Of a stretch of DNA of 12,869 nt, positions 8,419-12,869 are shown piece by piece. The notes below the pieces were generated by a model that saw only the letters and a program-made list of their open reading frames with translations, was not told where the DNA came from and did no database searches. The number at the start of each line of letters is the position of its first letter. Positions within the stretch are counted from its first letter, which is position 1. The stretch covers positions 1 to 12,869 of the forward strand of contig PXYT01000079.1 in NCBI GenBank assembly GCA_003023725.1, in the 5' to 3' direction. The translations under genes and the position numbers were made by a program. Source of the DNA: Sulfobacillus benefaciens (lineage in GTDB: Bacteria > Bacillota > Sulfobacillia > Sulfobacillales > Sulfobacillaceae).

Positions 8419-9408
8419 CTATCCCCACCGGATCGCCGCCATAGCCATGAGACCCGTAACCATCCCCAAAGGCAGGGCTATGCCCCACACCATGAACATA
8501 GTGCGCACCACCACCCATTTCACCTTCAGTGGATTTAATGCGGTGCCCGTCCCCAATAATGCTCCATCCGTTGTTTGCGTTGTACTCACCGGCATCCCCA
8601 ACAGGGCCGCCAGACTGACTGTTAGGGCTGCCGCGCTTTGAGTGCTCAGCGCATTCATGGGGTCCAAGCGAATGATATGCCCTCCCACGGTTTTGGCGAT
8701 ACGCACTCCGCCTCCCCAAAATCCTAGAGCCCAAAAACCCAAGGGGACAACCACGGAAATCCAGGACACGTGATAATGGACATGATGACCCCATAGCATC
8801 AGGGTCAGCGCCATCAGTCCAATGGCCTTTTCTTGATCGTTGGCCCCGTAGGCTAAGCCCTGCCACACTGCACTCCCGTATTGCAAACGTTTCAGAGAGC
8901 GGTATCCGGACAAAGACGTCAAGCTCAAAACATCCCATAGCAGCCGCGTCAACAAAAATGCTGCGACAAACCCTAACACAACCGACAGGCCCATCCCCAC
9001 AAGCACTGTGAGAAGCCCTGCCCAGTGAATAAACCGGGTATCCCCAGACGCTATCGCAGCCCCGACCATTCCTCCGCCCAAGGCCATGGTCATACTGGTA
9101 GGCATCCGCATGCGCCAAGTGACAAATACGCTTAACACCGCAGATCCCACGGCGACAGCCAGTACATCGGGATTGGCTTGGTGAAAATTGATGATGGCTA
9201 CGGTAATGGTCCGGGACACCGCGGTGCCAAACAAGACAGGACCTAAGGCGACGCTGCCCACAAGCACAGGAAAAATGAGGGCCGGTGCGATCACTCCCCC
9301 GCGCAGGAATGTGGCCATCAGATTACCGCCATCGTTAAAACCGGCCAACACACTGAACAGGGCAATTAATACAAAAATGCCGATATAAATAGAATCCACA
9401 GGGGCCAC
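8419..9408 (-). CDS. PiT-family inorganic phosphate (or sulfate) transporter
   Basis: 329 aa and multi-TM. Both halves carry the PiT signature (AGFNDGGN near the N-terminus and AYGANDQEKAIG in the second half). The start is GTG at 9408, with AAGGAAAG 3 nt upstream. Confidence 0.85.
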   Translation of the reverse strand: MAPVDSIYIGIFVLIALFSVLAGFNDGGNLMATFLRGGVIAPALIFPVLVGSVALGPVLFGTAVSRTITVAIINFHQANPDVLAVAVGSAVLSVFVTWRMRMPTSMTMALGGGMVGAAIASGDTRFIHWAGLLTVLVGMGLSVVLGFVAAFLLTRLLWDVLSLTSLSGYRSLKRLQYGSAVWQGLAYGANDQEKAIGLMALTLMLWGHHVHYHVSWISVVVPLGFWALGFWGGGVRIAKTVGGHIIRLDPMNALSTQSAAALTVSLAALLGMPVSTTQTTDGALLGTGTALNPLKVKWVVVRTMFMVWGIALPLGMVTGLMAMAAIRWG

Positions 9409-9461
9409 CGACTTTCCTTATCTCACCCGGTCATAGTTGTTCCAAGAGATCATGAACCGGG

Positions 9462-9503
9462 ATCTTAACGTGGGCATAACGTAATCTTAACACAATCTTA
9501 ACA
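9462..9503. promoter_or_regulatory. Four phased direct hexamers (Pho-box-like response-regulator site) upstream of the PiT gene
   Basis: TTAACG 9465-9470, ATAACG 9476-9481, TTAACA 9487-9492 and TTAACA 9498-9503 have starts exactly 11 bp apart. Three copies share the longer unit ATCTTAAC. The array lies 57-95 nt upstream of the pit start codon. Confidence 0.45.
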
Positions 9504-9843
9504 TTTTCCAAGCCCTTGTACTGAGTCCTTAAGACGTAACACAAAATGCGTTAAGCTTTGGAAGTTCCAGGGAATTGATCTCAACTCGTAATCCCTTGAG
9601 GGTCAGTGGCTCCCGGAATCCCTGGTTCAGTGTTTTCCCCAGTGCCTTCATCTCTGCTCTCAGGGCCCAACGCTCTTTTCTAGGACGAAGACGTGCCAGT
9701 CGGACACATCCCACAGAGCCAAAGGGTCATCCCCAATATATTCACCATGCCACAAATCGGGGATAAAACCGATGGGCAAGAGGTCTTTAAATTTCCCATG
9801 CAATACTGGCCGACTGCCGCCATCACGCGGATCTTCCCATCAA

Positions 9844-9899
9844 GGAATACAGGCGTAAAGCTCTCCGACTGTCAGGCCGGGGTTTTACGCCTGTATTCC
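9844..9899. repeat. Perfect 16-bp inverted repeat (hairpin, 24-nt spacer)
   Basis: GGAATACAGGCGTAAA (9844-9859) is the exact reverse complement of TTTACGCCTGTATTCC (9884-9899). The stem can extend inward by G-U and G-C pairs. No U-tract sits on the correct side for a terminator on either strand. Confidence 0.7.
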
Positions 9900-9974
9900 G
9901 ACGAAAAAATATTTGAATTAAAGCCGGCCCTTCCATGCTCATTTGACGTGAACCGCAGCGGAACGCCGACTATC

Positions 9975-10006
9975 CAGAAAACAGCCGTTCGCTGGGTTCC
10001 GCTGTC
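9975..10006 (-). terminator. Weak candidate intrinsic terminator after the cupredoxin-like gene
   Basis: On the minus strand, ACAGC (10005-10001) pairs with GCUGU (9985-9981). A G-C pair sits above a G.G mismatch and the loop is 11 nt. The hairpin is followed by UUUUCU. It lies about 65 nt past the stop at 10068. Confidence 0.3.
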
Positions 10007-10067
10007 TGCATCGTCATCATCGGCCGGCATTGCCTCGTAGCGATATCCATGAAACAGATGACGACCT

Positions 10068-10589
10068 TTATGATGATGGAGATACAGAAGGATTTCCCCC
10101 GGATACCACTTTGACTGTGTCCCAGATGTCACTGGTGGGTGTGGTTTTACCACCATTTAACCAGTCCGCCAACATATAAGTGCCCACTTTCGTAGCCGTA
10201 AACTTATAAAGTCGGTGCTGGCCGGGCAATATTCCCGCTGTTGGCTTTACGGCAATTTGACGATAGGACTCACCGGCTCCCGGAAAGGCGAGATGGTGAC
10301 GCCGATAAACACCTATAGATTCCGGTATCGGCCCGTGATTGATAAAGTCCATCTTCACGTGATAACCTTCGGGGATGGTGACAACCATCCCCCCGCGCGT
10401 GAATCCGTCCAATACGGAACTTTGCTGAGAGCTGGAATAGGTGCTCTCCACCTTCAAATCAATCGTTTTCGAGGACGGATGAATCGTCATCCACTTCGCC
10501 GCCGTGAGGTTCGGAGAACCGCATCCCGCCAACACAAGCGATAATGCCCCAATCACAGCCACTCCCGTCCACTTGGCCCCTACTCGCAT
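10068..10589 (-). CDS. Lipoprotein with sulfocyanin/cupredoxin-like domain lacking type-1 copper ligands
   Basis: I prefer the ATG at 10589, with AGAGGAGTG 6 nt upstream. The signal peptide and lipobox read MRVGAKWTGVAVIGALSLVLAGC. The mature part follows the cupredoxin layout (GGMVVTIPEGYHVKMDFINHGPIPES ... KFTATKVGTYMLADW). The only Cys in the protein is the lipobox Cys. Confidence 0.7.
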   Translation of the reverse strand: MRVGAKWTGVAVIGALSLVLAGCGSPNLTAAKWMTIHPSSKTIDLKVESTYSSSQQSSVLDGFTRGGMVVTIPEGYHVKMDFINHGPIPESIGVYRRHHLAFPGAGESYRQIAVKPTAGILPGQHRLYKFTATKVGTYMLADWLNGGKTTPTSDIWDTVKVVSGGNPSVSPSS

Positions 10590-10758
10590 GGTTCTCACTC
10601 CTCTTGATAAGTTTTGCGGCAAAGCACCACTCTTGTCTGGTCACCGGAAGCTCTCGGGACATGCCCTAACAATTCCACACGCAACACATTTGTGCTCGCC
10701 CCGCACTATCTGCCGTAGGGCCGCCTCCTACTCCGTCTGCCTCGCAGCGTGCGGATTC

Positions 10759-11181
10759 TTAACGCGACCGAGGCCGCCAACTGCCTAAGATAGCAAGCGC
10801 CAAGTTCACTTGAGTACGCGGCACACAAATCTTAATCGAGCGCGTGTGATCCGCCAGGCTCCACACCCCGTAATAGATGAATTGGCGACCGTTTTGAACT
10901 TGCCATTCCCGCAAATTCCGTCCGACATTCGGCAGCATTCGGGCTTTGGCCGGCACATTTTTCGCGGTAAATGAAGGCAAGAACCATAGCCCCCACCTAG
11001 ATGAGGTTTCCACATAGGCCCCTGCTCCACCGTCGCGATGCCAGCTCGGTGGTATGGTAATGCTCTCACCCTGATGATGGACCACCTGCCAGCGGCCGGA
11101 CTGTATCCCTGTCCACACCGCCGTGAAAACCACAGCGCCCAAAACCACCGTACCGATCACCATGGCTCTGCGTAATCTCAT
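10759..11181 (-). CDS. Hypothetical membrane-anchored protein (N-terminal TM helix)
   Basis: 140 aa. The N-terminus MRLRRAMVIGTVVLGAVVFTAVWTGI is a signal-anchor type segment. A GAAGGA-like RBS is present. It shares its strand with, and lies upstream of, the cupredoxin-like gene. I recognise no family. Confidence 0.55.
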   Translation of the reverse strand: MRLRRAMVIGTVVLGAVVFTAVWTGIQSGRWQVVHHQGESITIPPSWHRDGGAGAYVETSSRWGLWFLPSFTAKNVPAKARMLPNVGRNLREWQVQNGRQFIYYGVWSLADHTRSIKICVPRTQVNLALAILGSWRPRSR

Positions 11182-11596
11182 GATCCTTCACATCTTTCTC
11201 TGATTCGCCTTCAGACTCGTCCCTCCGCACGGATTTAAACAGGAGTAACCCAGGCACAAACCTTCGGTCTACGTTCGATCAGTCTGAAACGTGCACGGTT
11301 TAAGACAGCGGGATGAGAGGTCATCAGGACATCACCGTGTGATCCCGGACATTGAGTGGTATCGTGTCACATATCTCGCGAGAGGACAGCATGTCGGCAG
11401 CAATACCCCACGACTGACCGGATCAAAAATTTCCTTGCCAGTCCTGATTACAGCGGATGATCGAAGAGTTTTCGTGTGCTTTACATCTTCTAGAATTTTC
11501 ACAGCATTGTCAAGACGGAGTGGAGAAAACGGAAACATACGACGAAAATATGACGAGCGAGGGGACAGATTGTCACCGGAATGAACGATTGTCAAA

Positions 11597-12303
11597 GTGC
11601 GGAAGACGAGTAAGGTAGGACCTAAGCCGGAAGACTTCGCTCAGAGGAACTAGCCGTATCATGGCGGGACAGGAGGCGATGAATGGCACTTTTGCCAAGT
11701 GATAAATGCGGAGTGGGCCGACTTAAATCAGAACATTCTGGATTGCTGTCACGCAAGAAAATGGCACAGAGCGAGGTGAGGAGAACCCGGAAATCTCAGG
11801 CAAGGCAGCGAAAGCGTGTAAACCGGCTCGAATTCCGCAACACCGCACGGATGATTCCCTGGGTGTCCAGACGACGTCGCCGTCGGCCAATCGTTTCCCC
11901 GGAAATGTCATGGAGCCGGTCCCGCGGATCGGCTCTCCCCGGGGAAAATGGACGGGCGGGGGCACATGATGGGAGTCTTCATTCACAGCTCAACACGCGG
12001 CTCTAACCCGGCCATCTCCCAGAGTGTAACATGGCGGCATCATCGTGATTTTCCCCCAGGGGCAAGATACGCACCGAATGATCAGGAGTATTTCGTGTGG
12101 GGAAAGTCATCCCCTGGCTGATTCACGATTCGGTGACAAGAGAATGGAAAGTGGACAACGACTCCAGCGAAAAGCCGGAGGATTCTCAGTGCTGTGGCCG
12201 GCTTCAAGGGGAGCCGTTGTCAGTTCTTTGACGGCACGGTGGCTCTGGGGGTGGTAAGTCTGGCAGCGCTGTTGAGGTGTTTCACCGTGAGGGATCTTGT
12301 GCG
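11597..12303 (+). ncRNA. ORF-poor, hairpin-dense region; candidate degenerate or ORF-less group II intron-like RNA
   Basis: It starts with GUGCG (11597-11601). It is purine-rich with many GAAA/GGAAA elements. A composite hairpin joins CCCCGG 11897-11902 / CCGGGG 11939-11944 with GGAGCCG 11912-11918 / CGGCUCU 11930-11936. A 35-nt hairpin GAGCCGU...ACGGUGGCUC (12211-12245) resembles domain V at its base. Only Arg-rich junk ORFs are present and there is no RT/maturase ORF. Confidence 0.3.
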
Positions 12304-12397
12304 TACGAGTTTTGGTGTTCTCAGGCCCTCCAAATTCCCTTCTGCGCCTACGCTTATTACTGTGTACCCAATAATATGACGTGGCGAGTGGATAGAC

Positions 12398-12538
12398 ATC
12401 ATTTTTCAAAATCAAAGTCACACCCCTTGACATGAGCGCATCATGGGTCACCACAGGCACAAGCAGGATTTTCGAGTCTGCGCGGATCTCCCCATCCACG
12501 GACTCACCAAAGTCAAAATCTTTCCCAACACACCGCAT
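12398..12538 (-). pseudogene. Possible D-aminoacyl-tRNA deacylase (dtd)-like remnant with internal deletion
   Basis: MRCVGKDFDFGESVDGEIRADSKILLVPVVTHD loosely follows the Dtd N-terminus pattern (M..V.QRV..A.V.VDGE..G.I..GLLVL.GV..D). It runs directly into GVTLILKND, which is like the Dtd C-terminus DGPVTLIL. This is recalled from memory only, and the rest of track ORF 12107-12538 overlaps the structured region and looks spurious. Confidence 0.15.
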
Positions 12539-12629
12539 ATAGCGGTGAAATTGAGACTGGACCTGCTGCTTGAGGGGGCTTGGTTAATGACATAAGGGGC
12601 GGAGGCAAGTTCACCAACTTTTGCCATTA

Positions 12630-12869
12630 TTAAAGAAAAGAACGACTGAAATTGATAACATTTGCCCACCTATTTTCTTTTATGTCACATCCATCTCGCA
12701 GAGAAATCTCGTACAGCTCCGGCCCGGTAATGACAGCCTGTCGTTCGAGGCCTCCCCCTAAAATACCGTACATCCCGGTACTCGCTCGAATCCGGTCCCT
12801 TACCAAAACAGGGCGTAAAGCCCCCGGCTTCAGCCGTGGGGATAGAAGCCCATGGCCCGACAGGGCCAA
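12630..12869 (-). CDS. Partial unassigned ORF open to the window edge
   Basis: The frame is open from the last base of the window to a TAA at 12630-12632. I recognise no family. It may be part of a frame-broken gene together with ORFs 12448-12669 and 12107-12538. Confidence 0.2.
   Translation of the reverse strand: MALSGHGLLSPRLKPGALRPVLVRDRIRASTGMYGILGGGLERQAVITGPELYEISLRDGCDIKENRWANVINFSRSFL

Noticed and set aside
5794-9388. Alternative-frame ORFs inside the EamA-like and PiT genes (e.g. 5794-6192, 6197-6475, 8396-9118, 9188-9388)
   Set aside because: They are shadow frames of GC-rich membrane-protein genes. Their Gly/Arg/Cys-rich translations have no recognisable domains.
9529-9714. ORF 9529-9714 as the DUF47/PhoU-like partner usually found upstream of pit
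   Set aside because: It is far too short, and its basic sequence shows none of the acidic helical repeat character of that family.
9680-9823. 47-aa Cys-rich minus-strand ORF (MAAVGQYCMGNLKTSCPSVLSPICGMVNILGMTLWLCGMCPTGTSSS) as a small peptide or RiPP-like precursor
   Set aside because: It has only a weak, poorly spaced SD-like GGGAAG and no adjacent modification or transport genes. It overlaps other equally open frames, so it cannot be supported from sequence alone.
9844-9899. The 16-bp inverted repeat as a rho-independent terminator
   Set aside because: The U-tract is on the wrong side for both strands, so I report it as an unexplained repeat instead.
10590-10622. Upstream start (10622) for the cupredoxin-like lipoprotein
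   Set aside because: The ATG at 10589 has a strong AGAGGAGTG RBS and gives a canonical lipoprotein signal peptide. The longer form has no RBS.
11332-11595. ORFs 11332-11595(-) and 11291-11584(+) as small proteins
   Set aside because: They are mutually overlapping, with no RBS and atypical composition. I recognise no family, so the region is left unannotated.
11683-12006. ORFs 11683-12006(+) and 11723-11986(-) as genes
   Set aside because: They are Arg/Ser/Pro-rich low-complexity translations with no RBS. They coincide with the hairpin-dense region, which is better explained as RNA or relic DNA.
11597-12303. RNase P RNA, tmRNA, T-box or cobalamin riboswitch identity for the structured region
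   Set aside because: The superficial matches do not extend to the flanking conserved blocks of those families. These are GGGGAAAGUC versus the RNase P GAGGAAAGUCC, UCUGGAUUGC versus the tmRNA 5' end, and GGGUGGUAAG versus the T-box GGUGGUACCGCG. The region is also much longer than those RNAs.
12780-12869. tRNA-like or CRISPR-repeat-like hairpins near the right edge (GGCCC-UGUC-GGGCC, CCCC..GGCU-GA-AGCC..GGGG on the minus strand)
   Set aside because: There is no cloverleaf, no anticodon arm and no repeated unit with spacers. They are isolated short hairpins inside an open reading frame.

Overview
The window has two parts. Left part (1-5105, + strand): a well-supported alpha-glucoside uptake and hydrolysis operon. 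It holds a sugar-type ABC solute-binding protein (5' end outside the window), two MalF/MalG-type permeases and a GH31 alpha-glucosidase, with no ATPase gene. Right part (5106-12869): mostly minus-strand and visibly decayed or accessory. It holds an EamA/DMT-type membrane transporter, a probable AraC-type HTH remnant, and a heavily degraded IscB (OMEGA, IS200/IS605-superfamily RNA-guided nuclease) pseudogene. Directly upstream of the pseudogene lies an ORF-free, strongly helical 240-nt region in the position of the IscB guide RNA (omegaRNA/HEARO). Further right are a PiT-family phosphate transporter preceded by four hexamers at exact 11-bp phasing (Pho-box-like) and a 16-bp perfect inverted repeat. 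Then come a sulfocyanin/cupredoxin-like lipoprotein with no copper ligands and a small membrane-anchored hypothetical protein. The last feature is a ~700-nt ORF-poor, hairpin-dense stretch starting with GUGCG (group II intron-like, no reverse-transcriptase ORF), followed by frame-broken ORF fragments to the window edge. I saw no tRNA or rRNA genes and no CRISPR array. I did not find an intact novel multi-gene system. The strongest leads are the orphan omegaRNA next to a dead iscB and the unexplained structured region at 11.6-12.3 kb. All family assignments come from motif recognition by eye, and no searches were run.
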